Source: Anaerolineae bacterium (GTDB lineage: Bacteria; Chloroflexota; Anaerolineae; UBA1429). Taken from it: 64,000 nucleotides of DNA. The stretch is from NCBI GenBank assembly GCA_963675785.1, contig OY776562.1, positions 256,001-320,000 of the forward strand, given 5' to 3'. The translations under genes and the position numbers were made by a program. The notes under the pieces are model-generated. The model did not search any database, was not told the DNA's origin, and worked only from the letters and a program-made list of their open reading frames with translations. Below, one piece after another: positions 20,724-31,323 of this stretch. Within the stretch, counting starts at the first letter, position 1. Each line of letters starts with the position of its first letter.

Positions 20724-21896
20724 TTAGGCAGTTTTGGGACGCGGCGTGAACCAGATGACGCTGATAACAGCGGCAACCCCAATAAGGCCTGTGATGATAA
20801 AGGTAGTCGAAAGGCCCAAATTGTTGGCAAAAAGACCGCTTACAGCTGGCCCAGCTACCATGCCAATGGCATAGATGGATTGGAAAAAGCCCATGGCTGC
20901 ACCGCGCTTTTCATCCGGAACAGCCCCTACTGCACCTGCCATCATCACTGGTGATGCAATACCTACGCCAACGCCGTGCAAGGCACGTAGGGCCACCATG
21001 ATACCAAAGGTGCCTGCCAGCGGTGTCAGCAGAGTGGCTGCGGTCGAGCAGCCTAAGCCTAGAGCCACAGTCCAACGAACCCCAAGGCGATCGGCAATGG
21101 CGCCACCAAAAAAGGAAGTGAAGGCATAAGTACCTTGCCAAGTGGACATGAGGATGCCCAGCATGGATTCTGTGGTGGCAATGCCCGTTTCATTGGCAAA
21201 AACCGGCACAAAAGCATGGGTCATTGACCATGAAAGATACTGATTGAGGAGGGCAAAGATGGACATGGCCAGCACCATGGGTACGGCGCCGACACTGAAC
21301 AAGGCCTTGAAGGATACAGGATCTTTATCAGCAACAGCCGGCTCTTTGACGCGAACCAAAATGATCAGCGCAGTGGCAAGCCCGAGGCCAATGCCGACGA
21401 TAAAGGGAACGCGAATCCCCACGGCATCTGCTAAATAGCCGCCCAGCATTGATGAGAGCGTCATACCAATTGCAGATAACGCCGTTGCCAAGCTTGTTGC
21501 CTTGGTGATCTCGTTCGAGGGATAAGTAGATACCAGCATGACGCTCAGCGGCACCCAACAAGCGGCAGCCATACCAGCAAGGCCACGGCCCAGCATCATC
21601 ACGGGGCCAGTGGGGGCAATGAGAAAAGCCGCACAACTCAGCGCACCGAAAAGTGCTCCGGCGATGACAAAGGGTTTGCGACGCCTCATACGATCCGAGG
21701 CGATCCCCACGGGAATCCTCAAGATGAGCTGCGTGAGGCCATAAGCCGCCACGATGATGCCAACGATGGACAGCGAACTAACATGCTCTTCGGCGTACAC
21801 CGAGAGATAACCGTTATAGATGTAGATCGAACTCCAAAAAAGTGGGATACAAACCAAGAGCAGACGTCTTGTTGCCAGTTTATTCACCGAGCACAA
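20724..21896 (-). CDS. MFS transporter
   Basis: About 12 hydrophobic segments; GIASDRMRRRK and IADRLGVR loop motifs. Confidence 0.9.
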   Translation of the reverse strand: MCSVNKLATRRLLLVCIPLFWSSIYIYNGYLSVYAEEHVSSLSIVGIIVAAYGLTQLILRIPVGIASDRMRRRKPFVIAGALFGALSCAAFLIAPTGPVMMLGRGLAGMAAACWVPLSVMLVSTYPSNEITKATSLATALSAIGMTLSSMLGGYLADAVGIRVPFIVGIGLGLATALIILVRVKEPAVADKDPVSFKALFSVGAVPMVLAMSIFALLNQYLSWSMTHAFVPVFANETGIATTESMLGILMSTWQGTYAFTSFFGGAIADRLGVRWTVALGLGCSTAATLLTPLAGTFGIMVALRALHGVGVGIASPVMMAGAVGAVPDEKRGAAMGFFQSIYAIGMVAGPAVSGLFANNLGLSTTFIITGLIGVAAVISVIWFTPRPKTA

Positions 21897-22923
21897 CCTC
21901 TCTGTTCTCGCGCGCCGAGAGATAGAGTGCGTCGATGAGTTTCATCATGGTAAGGCCATGTTGAGCCGACGCTGGGGGGGGCGTATCGTCTATCAGGCAA
22001 CGCACAAAATCACCAACTGCTGTGGGGCACTTGTCCGGGTAGAGCCGAGGTTCGACCCGAGTCAGCGTGCCACCCAGGTCTTGCAGACCAAAAGCCTCGA
22101 ATTCATATCCTTCACCGGTGTTGCGCTGGATCGCCGCTCCTTTGGTGCCATAGAGCGCCGTCAGCATGTCTTCGCGCTGATCGGTGCCGCCGGCCCAACT
22201 CGCCTCAAGCGAGAGGGTGACGCCGTTATCCAGACGGATGAGTGCGGTAGCTAAATCTTCGACGTCGTATTTGACACCCATCTCACTGGCTAGGCGTTGC
22301 CCCAGTCCTCCAAAGGTCGAAGCGCTAACCGTAATCGTTTTCGGATAGCCCATCATCCACATGGCCAGGTCCAAACGGTGAACGCCCAGGTCGATCAGCG
22401 GCCCGCCACCGGAGAATTCTTTGATACCAAACCAACCACCCGGCTTGGGAATGCCGCGAGCGCGCAGCCAGCGCGTCTTGACATAGTAAATATCGCCTAG
22501 GTGTCCTTCATCGACATAATGCTTTAGCCACTGAGCCTGAGGCGTATAGCGCCAATTAAAATGGATCATCAACTTTTTGCCAGCTCTCTCAGCGGCGTCG
22601 GCCATGGCCTGAGCTTTTTCAGCGTTGAGGGCCATGGGCTTTTCGCAGAGCACATTCACGCCCGCTTCTAGTGCGGCAATAGTTACTTTGTCGTGCAAAA
22701 AGTTGGGCAGGGCGATGCTGACGGCATCGAGGTTCTCTTGTGCCAGCATGTCCTCATAGCTCGAATAGACGGCCGCCTCGGGGTAAAGAGCGGCATACTC
22801 TTGCAGGCGTGCCGAATCTACATCGCAGATGGCGGCAAGCTCGGCGTCGGGTAGTTCATGATAACTCTTGGCGTGGTTTTTGCCCATGCCGAGGCCAATA
22901 ACGGCGGCTCGAATTGACATCAC
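21880..22923 (-). CDS. Gfo/Idh/MocA oxidoreductase
   Basis: IGLGMG, CEKPMA, GGGPLIDLGVH. Confidence 0.92.
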   Translation of the reverse strand: MMSIRAAVIGLGMGKNHAKSYHELPDAELAAICDVDSARLQEYAALYPEAAVYSSYEDMLAQENLDAVSIALPNFLHDKVTIAALEAGVNVLCEKPMALNAEKAQAMADAAERAGKKLMIHFNWRYTPQAQWLKHYVDEGHLGDIYYVKTRWLRARGIPKPGGWFGIKEFSGGGPLIDLGVHRLDLAMWMMGYPKTITVSASTFGGLGQRLASEMGVKYDVEDLATALIRLDNGVTLSLEASWAGGTDQREDMLTALYGTKGAAIQRNTGEGYEFEAFGLQDLGGTLTRVEPRLYPDKCPTAVGDFVRCLIDDTPPPASAQHGLTMMKLIDALYLSARENREVVLGE

Positions 22924-22934
22924 TATCTCCGATT

Positions 22935-23981
22935 CTACGAATCCAGGCGAACTTCATGTCCTGTCTCTGATGACTTGTAAACGGCGTCCAGAATAGCCTG
23001 GACGTCCAGTACCTGCCAAGGCTTGACCAGACATTCGGCCTCGCCGCGAAGGCATGCGCAGAAATGGGCAATCTCTTGCGTGTGGCCTCGCACCTCGGGC
23101 AACTCTTGGGGCGTGATATCAACGAGTGCGTCGTGCGCCTCGGAATAGATTTGCAGTGGGCTCATTTTAGCGCCGCCCCCTGTTCCCAAAATGCGGGTTT
23201 CGCCAAAGGAGGCCTCGATGTTGGAGGCCCAGGTGGCCCTAAGGATTAGTGTTGCATCGTTATCAAAACGAATCATAGCCAGGCCGGTATCATCGACGTC
23301 AAAAGTGCTGGCATCCCAATGTGCCCACTTGCCGCTGGAAACCTCGGGGCGATTGCCAAAGGCAGCATACGTGGCGCCCATCACCGAAACAGGGCGTGGA
23401 TTGCCCATCAACCACAGGGTGAGGTCCAAAGCGTGCACACCAATGTCAATCATGGCGCCGCCACCTTGAAGGTTCTTGTGGGTGAATACGCCCCAACCGG
23501 GGATGCCACGTCGGCGCAGGTAGGTGCCTTCGCCGTAATAGATCTCGCCAAGGTCGCCAGCTTCGATAAAGCGCTTGAGCAGTTGCGCTTCAGCACCAAA
23601 GCGCTGCTGCAAACCGATTTGCAGCAGTTTGCCGGATTTTTCGGCGGCGGCTACCATGGCTTGCCCCTCAGCCAGGTTCATGGCGATGGGCTTTTCGCAA
23701 AGGACATTACACCCTGCCTCTAGGGCATCGATGGTGGACTGTTTGTGAGCAAAGTTGGGCGTACATACCGAAACGGCATCCAACTTTTCGGCATTGAGCA
23801 TCTCCGTGTGGCTCTCGTAAGCGTGGGGGATGCCTAGCTTGTCGGCAACGGCTTGTGCCTTACCCGGCACCACATCACAAATCGCAACGATCTCTACACC
23901 CTCTTGCGCCAAATAGCCCGGGATGTGGGCATCTGTGGCGATACCACCGGCACCAATAACGCCAATTCGCAGCGTTTTCAC
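22935..23981 (-). CDS. Gfo/Idh/MocA oxidoreductase
   Basis: IGAGGIA, CEKPIA, GGGAMIDIGVH. Confidence 0.92.
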   Translation of the reverse strand: MKTLRIGVIGAGGIATDAHIPGYLAQEGVEIVAICDVVPGKAQAVADKLGIPHAYESHTEMLNAEKLDAVSVCTPNFAHKQSTIDALEAGCNVLCEKPIAMNLAEGQAMVAAAEKSGKLLQIGLQQRFGAEAQLLKRFIEAGDLGEIYYGEGTYLRRRGIPGWGVFTHKNLQGGGAMIDIGVHALDLTLWLMGNPRPVSVMGATYAAFGNRPEVSSGKWAHWDASTFDVDDTGLAMIRFDNDATLILRATWASNIEASFGETRILGTGGGAKMSPLQIYSEAHDALVDITPQELPEVRGHTQEIAHFCACLRGEAECLVKPWQVLDVQAILDAVYKSSETGHEVRLDS

Positions 23982-24002
23982 GGTCTTCCTCCAGAGCAAT
24001 CT

Positions 24003-25529
24003 CTATTCGATGTTCGAAACAGCGTCAAAAGATGGTTTGAGTGCATTGTAGAGCGAATGATATACCTGATAGTAATCCTCATAGACCGACACATTGTCTT
24101 TGATCGGGTCCATCGGGTTTTGCACCTGGATGGTTGCACTGCAAGCCTGTTGTACACTTTCGAAAACGCCGGTACCTACGCCAGCCAAAAGCGCGGCGCC
24201 GTAGGCTGTGCTTTCAGTGACATTGACCGTGACAAGTTCTGTGCCAAACACGTCGGCCAGAATCTGCCGCCAGACCTGGCTACGCGCCCCACCACCTGAA
24301 GCGCGAATCTGGGTGATGGGCACGTTCATGTTCTTTAGCAGTTCCAGCGAGTCGCGCAGGCTGTAAGCTACGCCTTCCATCACCGCCCGCATGAAATAGC
24401 GCTTGTCATGGCGTAGGGTTAGCCCAAAGAAGGTCCCCCTTGCGTTGGGATCGGGGTAGGGCGTGCGTTCGCCGGTGAGGTAGGGCAAAAAGATCAGCCC
24501 TTCGCTACCCGCGGGTACCTGTGAGGCTTCGGCAGTCATGATTTCATAGGGATCGACGCCGGAAAGATGGCCGATGGTCTTTTCTTCCAGCGCCAACGTA
24601 TCTCTCAGCCACCTAAAAGAGCCGCCAGCAGAGAGGGTGACGCCCATGACGTGCCACTTTTGGGGGACGGCATGGCAAAAGGTGTGCAACCTGCCGCCTG
24701 GCTCTAGGTTAGGTTTGTCAGTATAGGCAAACACTACGCCCGATGTTCCCATGGTCACTGAAACCAGGCCCGGCTCGACGATGCCGTTGCCCACGGCGCT
24801 GGCGGCCTGGTCTCCGCCGCCACCCACCACAGGGGTTCCCTGCTTGAGGCCAGTGAGTTCGGCAGTTTGCAGCGTAATTTCGCCAGTGACCTCGAACGAT
24901 TCGACGCAGCGCGGCATCCACTCGCGGGGGATGTCCAAGGCGTGGAGCACCTCGTCACTCCATTGCCGCTTGCTCACATCCAACAGCACTGTGCCCGAGG
25001 CATCTGAGACTTCGGTGACGTATTCTCCAGTTAGCCGGTAGCGAATATAGTCTTTGGGCAGCAAGGTTTTGGCCGTCTGAGCATAAACCTCGGGCTCATG
25101 GTTTTTCACCCAGATGATCTTGGGAGCGGTAAAACCGGGCATGGCGGGGTTGAGCGTCAGGCTCAAAAAGCGCTCGCGGCCTACCGTATCCATAATCCAT
25201 TCACACTCGGCGGCAGTCCGCTGGTCGTTCCACATGATGCATGGACGTAACACGTGTCCCTCGGCATCTAGCATCACCAGGCCGTGCATTTGGCCGGTCA
25301 TGCCAATGCCGCGAATCTCGCTGGCATCGACACCAGTCTTTTCCAACGTGGTGCGAATGGAACGGATTGTCGCTTGCCACCAATCTTCAGGGTCTTGCTC
25401 TGCCCAAAGCGGGTGTGGTGTGTACAAGGGGTATTCGGAAAGCGTTCTACCAATAACCTGGCCATCTTTGTCAATCAATAATGCCGTAGCGCCCGTGGTG
25501 CTAATGTCAATACCAAGTAGATAAGTCAT
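24003..25529 (-). CDS. xylB: Xylulokinase (FGGY family)
   Basis: LGIDISTT, GQMHG, WNDQR, GGGDQ, FLPYLTGERTP, GGGARS. Confidence 0.88.
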   Translation of the reverse strand: MTYLLGIDISTTGATALLIDKDGQVIGRTLSEYPLYTPHPLWAEQDPEDWWQATIRSIRTTLEKTGVDASEIRGIGMTGQMHGLVMLDAEGHVLRPCIMWNDQRTAAECEWIMDTVGRERFLSLTLNPAMPGFTAPKIIWVKNHEPEVYAQTAKTLLPKDYIRYRLTGEYVTEVSDASGTVLLDVSKRQWSDEVLHALDIPREWMPRCVESFEVTGEITLQTAELTGLKQGTPVVGGGGDQAASAVGNGIVEPGLVSVTMGTSGVVFAYTDKPNLEPGGRLHTFCHAVPQKWHVMGVTLSAGGSFRWLRDTLALEEKTIGHLSGVDPYEIMTAEASQVPAGSEGLIFLPYLTGERTPYPDPNARGTFFGLTLRHDKRYFMRAVMEGVAYSLRDSLELLKNMNVPITQIRASGGGARSQVWRQILADVFGTELVTVNVTESTAYGAALLAGVGTGVFESVQQACSATIQVQNPMDPIKDNVSVYEDYYQVYHSLYNALKPSFDAVSNIE

Positions 25530-25636
25530 GCATCCCTCCACTTTTGCTCCGCTGATGATACAGCCCCTGCGAATATCGAGCAAGTAAAAAGGGCGAGACA
25601 TTCAGGATGCGAATGTCCCGCCCTAGCTGGTGGTGT

Positions 25637-26368
25637 TTAGCGTTCGTTGCGGATGGTGCCATCTTCCATGTGGTAAGTGTAGCCAGCAAACTCTTGGACT
25701 ACCGGGTCATGAGAGGTCATCACGATGGTGATCCCCAGCGTCTCGCAGATGGTGGCAAAGGTCTTCATCACGGTGCGGCCGGTGGTGCTGTCCAATTCGC
25801 CAGTGGGTTCGTCGGCTAGAATAAGGCCAGGGTGAGCGGAGATGGCTCGGGCAATGGCTACCCGCTGCTGCTGGCCGCCAGAGAGTTCCTGGGGGCGGTG
25901 TTTGGCGCGGTCACTGAGGTCTACGAGTTCGAGACATTCAGCCACACGCTGGTGCCGCTCTTTACGTGGCATGTCAATCATGCGCAGGGGCAAGTCGACA
26001 TTCTCCTCGGCCGAAAGGGTGGGCATGAGCGCAAACTGTTGAAAGACGAAACCAATTTGCGTACGCCGAAGCTGGGTTAGCTCTTCATCTGACAGATCGC
26101 CCAGGTTCTGGCCAAATAGAACCATCTTTCCGCTAGTGGCGCGGTCCAGCCCTCCCATGATGTTGAGCAGAGTGGTTTTTCCCGAACCTGATCGGCCCAT
26201 GAGGGCTATGTATTCGCCTCTTTTCACGTAAAAGTTGGCGCCGCGCAGAGCATATACTTCACGATCATCTACCTGAAAGGTGCGATGGACATCAACGCTT
26301 TGGAGGACGACGTCTTGTATAGGAGTGCGTATTTCGGTGTTGTCGGTCATGTTAGTCTGCGTCGCCAC
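25637..26368 (-). CDS. ABC transporter ATP-binding protein (LolD/MacB-like)
   Basis: GRSGSGKT, LSGGQQQRV, ADEPTG. Confidence 0.92.
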   Translation of the reverse strand: MATQTNMTDNTEIRTPIQDVVLQSVDVHRTFQVDDREVYALRGANFYVKRGEYIALMGRSGSGKTTLLNIMGGLDRATSGKMVLFGQNLGDLSDEELTQLRRTQIGFVFQQFALMPTLSAEENVDLPLRMIDMPRKERHQRVAECLELVDLSDRAKHRPQELSGGQQQRVAIARAISAHPGLILADEPTGELDSTTGRTVMKTFATICETLGITIVMTSHDPVVQEFAGYTYHMEDGTIRNER

Positions 26369-27416
26369 GATGTGTAATCCTCTCCCACAAGCGGCTTCCC
26401 TGAGAAACTATTCGGGAGCCCAACTTGTGGTTGTCTGCTTCCGTCTGCCAGCCAGCTAGAGCCTGAGCCGAACGTGCTCGGCGTGAGGGGAGTGCTTCTA
26501 GCCCCGAGGCGGCTTTGACGAGAATACCGTCTTCGGTCATCTCGATTTCTGCGAGATCACTGATACCCAACTGCTCGACATAATCCTTGGGCAATTGCAG
26601 TCGGCCAGCACCATCCACCACGGCATATTCATGATAGGTGATATGATGATTGGCCTGCTCAGTATCTAGGTCGAGGTTCATTGGTACTTCAGCTTCATTG
26701 CCGTTGGCATGCACACGACGGTATCGCTCGCTGCTGGTTCTGCCATCACGAATTGATACTACACGGTCAACCTGATCAGCAACCTGAATATCATGGGTGA
26801 CGGTGACGATGGTGATGTTATGGCTGCGGTTCATTTGGCGCAGCGTATTGAGAATGTTTTGGGACGTCGTCGTGTCGAGTTCACCTGTAGGCTCATCGGC
26901 AAGCAATAGAACCGGCTTGTTCGAGAGTGCCACAGCGATGGCAGTGCGTTGTTGCTCGCCGCCCGATAACTGATGCACACAATGGTCTTTGCGTTCCCAA
27001 AGTCCTACTTCGCGAAGGAGCTCTTCAGACCAAGCATGTCGCTCATCGGGCAGTTCGCCCGTCAAAATCATGGGCAATTCGACGTTATCTTGCAGCGTCA
27101 TGTAGGGGATGAGGTTTCTAGAGGGCTGCTGCCACAAAAAGCCCACCCGTTCCCTGCGATAGCGCGTGATCGCCGCGTTGCTCAATTTCAGCAGATCCTG
27201 ACCATCCACAATGGCCCTGCCGGCCGTTGGTCTATCCAGGCCGCCGAGGATGTTCAGTAAGGAAGACTTGCCGCTGCCGCTGGGCCCCACAATAGCCATA
27301 AACTCGCCGCGGTCGACGAGTAAATCGAGGCTTTGCAGCGCGACAACTTCCAGATCTTTGATTTTGTATATTTTGACGAGACCCTCACAGAGGATCATGG
27401 TCTCGCTTCCAGTCAT
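26352..27416 (-). CDS. ABC ATP-binding protein with a C-terminal AbrB/SpoVT-like extension
   Basis: GPSGSGKS, LSGGEQQR, then VVDGAGRLQLPKDY. Confidence 0.88.
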   Translation of the reverse strand: MTGSETMILCEGLVKIYKIKDLEVVALQSLDLLVDRGEFMAIVGPSGSGKSSLLNILGGLDRPTAGRAIVDGQDLLKLSNAAITRYRRERVGFLWQQPSRNLIPYMTLQDNVELPMILTGELPDERHAWSEELLREVGLWERKDHCVHQLSGGEQQRTAIAVALSNKPVLLLADEPTGELDTTTSQNILNTLRQMNRSHNITIVTVTHDIQVADQVDRVVSIRDGRTSSERYRRVHANGNEAEVPMNLDLDTEQANHHITYHEYAVVDGAGRLQLPKDYVEQLGISDLAEIEMTEDGILVKAASGLEALPSRRARSAQALAGWQTEADNHKLGSRIVSQGSRLWERITHRGDAD

Positions 27417-27465
27417 ATCAGCCTTTCTCTCGCACATCAGAGGCGCTCTTGTACAACGTGCAGGC

Positions 27466-28854
27466 TTACTGCCCGAGAACAACCTGACCTTCTTCAAGGC
27501 CCGAAAGAATCTCTACGCGATCATCACTGATGATGCCTACTTCGATATCAACGCGGCTCTCTACACCGTCAATTTCGACGAGTACAAAGTAGCGGCCGTT
27601 GTATTCGCGCAATGCTGCAGGAGGGAGCCAGAGAGCGTCTTCGTGTTCTTCGATGACAGCTGTGATAATGCAGCCCGCCCCCGACTTGAAGTCATCCTGA
27701 GTCATATCCATCGAGATATGGATCAGAGGATCATCTTCGTCCAGGTCAGAAGCCCCACTGGTCCCGTAAGGGTAGGGCATCAATTCTATGATGCCTTCAT
27801 ATGTCTGGCTCGACATGGATGAAAACACGATGCTGACGTCCATACCTTCCCACAATTCCGAGATATCTGTGGAGCCAGGATCGCTCGTGATCTCGAGCTC
27901 GGAATCATCGGCAACGATAACCTGTGTCTTGTAGGCAGTTATCGTTGCGCCTTCACTGGGGGCTACAGCGCTAACCGTGCCGTCGATCGTAGAATAGATT
28001 CGGGTTTGGTCCAGTCTTATCTGCACCTGCTCAAGGGAGATTCGCGCCTTTTCGACGGCGTTAACCAGCTGGGGGTCGATTTCATCTTCGAGTTGCTGGA
28101 GTGCAAGCTCAGAGAGCCTAAGTTGTTGCTCCATGATCTGCACGTCGATTTCATGCTGGCTGACGGCAGCCACCGCTTTGTTATAGTTAGCCTGGGCAGC
28201 CTCATAATTTAGCGTCGCTTGCTGTAGATTCAACGCTTCTGAGCTGGCTTCATAACCAGGTTGCGAAGTACGTCGGTCATAAGCTGCTTGAGCTTGCTGG
28301 AGTGTTATTGCCGCTTTTTCCAAGTTGATTTCTTGAATTGTCAGATCTTCGTCAACCGTCGATTGCTGCAACTCTTGTAGCTGTAACTGTTTGATAGTGA
28401 GGTTAATCTGGGCTTGCTGGATGGAATACTCTAGTGAATCAGATGAACTATTGAGGTTGTTCTCGGCGTTATCCAGATCGATTTGCGCCTGTGCCAGGCT
28501 GCTCAAGATATCGTCGTTCTCAAGTTCTATCAAGAGTGTGCCAGCTTCGACCACATCACCGCGCTGGACGTAAACGGCTTTGACCCGGCCAGCAACAGGG
28601 AAAGAGAGATCCTCTTCCAGAACAGGAGAAACGTTGCCGCTGAGTTCGACACTTTTGACAACAGTGCCTCTCGAAACGACATAAGTAGGAGTTTCAGGAC
28701 TTTCTGGAGGGGGGATAGGCGTCGGTGTGGCTGAGGAATTAGAAGACCCACTCTCGCTTGTTTGCTCTTCTGTCGTGTTGGCGCAGCCAACCATGGTGAA
28801 TAAGAGTGTTGCGAGCAGCAGAATACTCAAAAAAGTGTACAAACGACTGCGCAT
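27466..28854 (-). CDS. Efflux membrane-fusion/adaptor lipoprotein (HlyD/MacA-like)
   Basis: Lipobox MVGC, lipoyl-like half motifs, long coiled coil, C-terminal VEILSGLEEG. Confidence 0.88.
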   Translation of the reverse strand: MRSRLYTFLSILLLATLLFTMVGCANTTEEQTSESGSSNSSATPTPIPPPESPETPTYVVSRGTVVKSVELSGNVSPVLEEDLSFPVAGRVKAVYVQRGDVVEAGTLLIELENDDILSSLAQAQIDLDNAENNLNSSSDSLEYSIQQAQINLTIKQLQLQELQQSTVDEDLTIQEINLEKAAITLQQAQAAYDRRTSQPGYEASSEALNLQQATLNYEAAQANYNKAVAAVSQHEIDVQIMEQQLRLSELALQQLEDEIDPQLVNAVEKARISLEQVQIRLDQTRIYSTIDGTVSAVAPSEGATITAYKTQVIVADDSELEITSDPGSTDISELWEGMDVSIVFSSMSSQTYEGIIELMPYPYGTSGASDLDEDDPLIHISMDMTQDDFKSGAGCIITAVIEEHEDALWLPPAALREYNGRYFVLVEIDGVESRVDIEVGIISDDRVEILSGLEEGQVVLGQ

Positions 28855-29026
28855 AAAATACGCCCCCTTGCTTACAAAACTGCGCCTACGCTACGGCTAT
28901 TTAGCGTATAAACTGTGGCGCATCATAGCAATGCTACAGAGGTAGTGTCAAGTTCCCAACAAAAAGATATATAAAGATAAAAGACAAAGGGCCGCCCAAA
29001 TCATGGACGGCCCTGTTTTGCCAGAT

Positions 29027-29479
29027 TTATTCTTCTTCGGCTTCCACTTTGACCTTGACGGTCAGGGTGACATCCTGATGAATACGAATGCTTACTTCGT
29101 GGGTGCCCAGCTCCTTGATTGGCTCGTCAAGGAGAACCTTGCGCTTGTCGAGATCCTTGCCAACCTGCGCCGAGAGTTTCTTGGCAATATCAGCCGCTGT
29201 GATCGACCCATACAGCCGATCCGCTTCGCCTACCTTAGCCTTGAAGAGCAATTCAACTTCGCCAAGACCGGCGACCAGCTCTTCAGCACTCTTGCGAGCT
29301 TCAGCGTCGTGTTTGGCCTGGGCAGCGAGTTGCTGCTCAACGTGGGTGCGGGCTGCCACTGTTGCCTGTTCTGCCAGACCGCGCGGCATCAAATAGTTGC
29401 GAGCATAACCGGCAGCAACGTTCTTGATTTCGCCAGCGTGCCCCAAACCTTTTACATCCTTCAAGAGGATCACTTCCAT
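29027..29479 (-). CDS. rplI: 50S ribosomal protein L9
   Basis: [32 protein letters not shown]. Confidence 0.97.
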   Translation of the reverse strand: MEVILLKDVKGLGHAGEIKNVAAGYARNYLMPRGLAEQATVAARTHVEQQLAAQAKHDAEARKSAEELVAGLGEVELLFKAKVGEADRLYGSITAADIAKKLSAQVGKDLDKRKVLLDEPIKELGTHEVSIRIHQDVTLTVKVKVEAEEE

Positions 29480-29605
29480 GAATCCGCTCCTCCGATAATC
29501 TGCGTTTCAGGAATGATACACCAGATAGGAATGTGCAGCAAACTAGCCTGCTGCAGAAATCAAACGCGGGAGCATCGTTAGCTCCCGCGTTTGGTATTGC
29601 GCGTC

Positions 29606-30673
29606 TTAGCCGATTTTGTTGCCGCAATTGCTGCAGAATTTACTTCCAGCGGGGTTCTCTTGGCCGCAGTTGCCGCATTTGGCCGCAGTTGCCATCTGCG
29701 TTCCGCAGTTGCTGCAGAATTTGCTGCCCACTGGGTTCTGATGGCCACAGCTGGCGCAAAAGATTGCGCCGGCCGCCGCAGCACCAGCTGCTGGCGCTGC
29801 CTGCTGTGGGGCTTGCCCTTGCTGGTTGTTCAAGCCTTGGGATAGCATATTGGCCATAGCTAGGCCAGTGCCCAGGCCCAAGCCGGTCTGCATGGTACCG
29901 GCGGTTCCCTCGGTGGTAGCTGCGTCGCCAACCGCACGGGCGGCCTTGAATTTCATGTAACGGTCCATATCGCCGATGGCGCCCATCGAGGCAGCCTCGT
30001 CGATCGCCGCGCTGGTCTCTTCGGTGGGGCTGATGGAGAGGACATAGAGCTGCATGAGTTGTAAACCGACTGCTGTAAAGTCATCAGTGAGTTTGACACG
30101 AGCAGCCGCCGAGAGTTCTTCGAACATGGCGGGGAGATCAAGGATCGACTTGACGTTACTGCCCAGCAGGTCAGTCAACCGATTGATGATCATGCTGCGC
30201 AGGTAGTTATCGATGTCTTTGGTGCTATAGTAGCCCCGTGCACCAACTACCTGATCGATAAAACGCTGTGGCTCGGCGATGCGCATGCTATAGGTACCGT
30301 GTGCTCGAATGCGTACCATACGCAGCACCTCATCGCGCAAGGTGATGGGCTCAGGTGTGCCCCATCGCTGATCGAGCATGTCACGAGTGCTGACAAAGTA
30401 GCACTCAGCGGTAAAAGGTGTGGTGCCGCTGAACAACCCTTCTACCAGGCGCCCAAGCAGGGGAATATTGGCAGTGGTGATAGTATGCCTTCCCGGTTTG
30501 AACGTATCGAGGGCTTTGCCATCGCGCATGAATACGGCGGCCTGCCCTTCGCGTACGATGAGCTGAGAGCCAATGCGAAAGTCTCCAGAACCCGTCTCTG
30601 GTACACGATGAACGAGTTCTTGGGCCATAGAGTCAGAATATTCGATGACGTCAAGAATTCTGGCCACGGTCAT
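29606..30673 (-). CDS. SPFH/band-7 domain protein with C-terminal double zinc ribbon (YdjI-like)
   Basis: GSQLIVREGQAAVF, RWGTPEP, and two CxxCG..N..GSKFCSNCG repeats. Confidence 0.88.
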   Translation of the reverse strand: MTVARILDVIEYSDSMAQELVHRVPETGSGDFRIGSQLIVREGQAAVFMRDGKALDTFKPGRHTITTANIPLLGRLVEGLFSGTTPFTAECYFVSTRDMLDQRWGTPEPITLRDEVLRMVRIRAHGTYSMRIAEPQRFIDQVVGARGYYSTKDIDNYLRSMIINRLTDLLGSNVKSILDLPAMFEELSAAARVKLTDDFTAVGLQLMQLYVLSISPTEETSAAIDEAASMGAIGDMDRYMKFKAARAVGDAATTEGTAGTMQTGLGLGTGLAMANMLSQGLNNQQGQAPQQAAPAAGAAAAGAIFCASCGHQNPVGSKFCSNCGTQMATAAKCGNCGQENPAGSKFCSNCGNKIG

Positions 30674-30706
30674 ACTCCTTGAAATCGCGCCTGCAAATGC
30701 GGGCGG

Positions 30707-31225
30707 TTAAGCCAGGATGACGTCCTGGCGCTGGCTGTAAGTGTTGTTCAATTTTTCGAGCAACAGGATGAGTTCGTTCGTAGAAACCGCAGTATCGCCG
30801 CCACTCAAAGCCGCAGTTTCTAGCTGGGCAATGCGAGAAGCGAGCTCGTCCAAATTCTCCAGCATGGCTTCATCGAACTGATAAAGCCGATCCAGCACGT
30901 CCTCATCTACTTTGACGGCATCAAACAGGCCGGCATAGCCATAGCTAGCCGTCTTGATGCGATCGATGAGAACCTGGAGTTTGGTCACAGCGCGCTCTAG
31001 TTTGAGCGTAGCCGAGAGGTCTCCCGCTTCGGTCAAAGTGCGCTGTACGTTCGCCAGTCTGCTGAGCTGTTCTTCGAGTTGGCGCGCTACGTGATCTCGC
31101 AAGAGCTTGTCTGCGTCACGGCGTTTCTCTTTGCGCTGATAACCGCCGATACCGGGGATTTTATCCATCAGCGCTTCGACCTTGTTCTGCGAACGCTGGA
31201 CGCGTTCGTTAAGATCCTCAACCAT
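30707..31225 (-). CDS. Conserved hypothetical helical protein
   Basis: KIPGIGGY..KEKRRDADKLLR, ASYGYAGLFD; AAGGAGG SD; same orientation as the SPFH gene. Confidence 0.75.
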   Translation of the reverse strand: MVEDLNERVQRSQNKVEALMDKIPGIGGYQRKEKRRDADKLLRDHVARQLEEQLSRLANVQRTLTEAGDLSATLKLERAVTKLQVLIDRIKTASYGYAGLFDAVKVDEDVLDRLYQFDEAMLENLDELASRIAQLETAALSGGDTAVSTNELILLLEKLNNTYSQRQDVILA

Positions 31226-31323
31226 GGAGCCCTCCTTTGGCTGCGTGCATCACATTCATAGTCTATACGCAACTAGAGCCGTCTGGGTCGCACCTCTATT
31301 CTATCGCAGTCATCTAGTGGTGT

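Noticed and set aside
29606-29760. Repeated GCAGTTGC/GCAGAATT motifs resembling a repeat array
   Set aside because: They encode the two zinc-ribbon repeats of the SPFH protein; not a CRISPR array.
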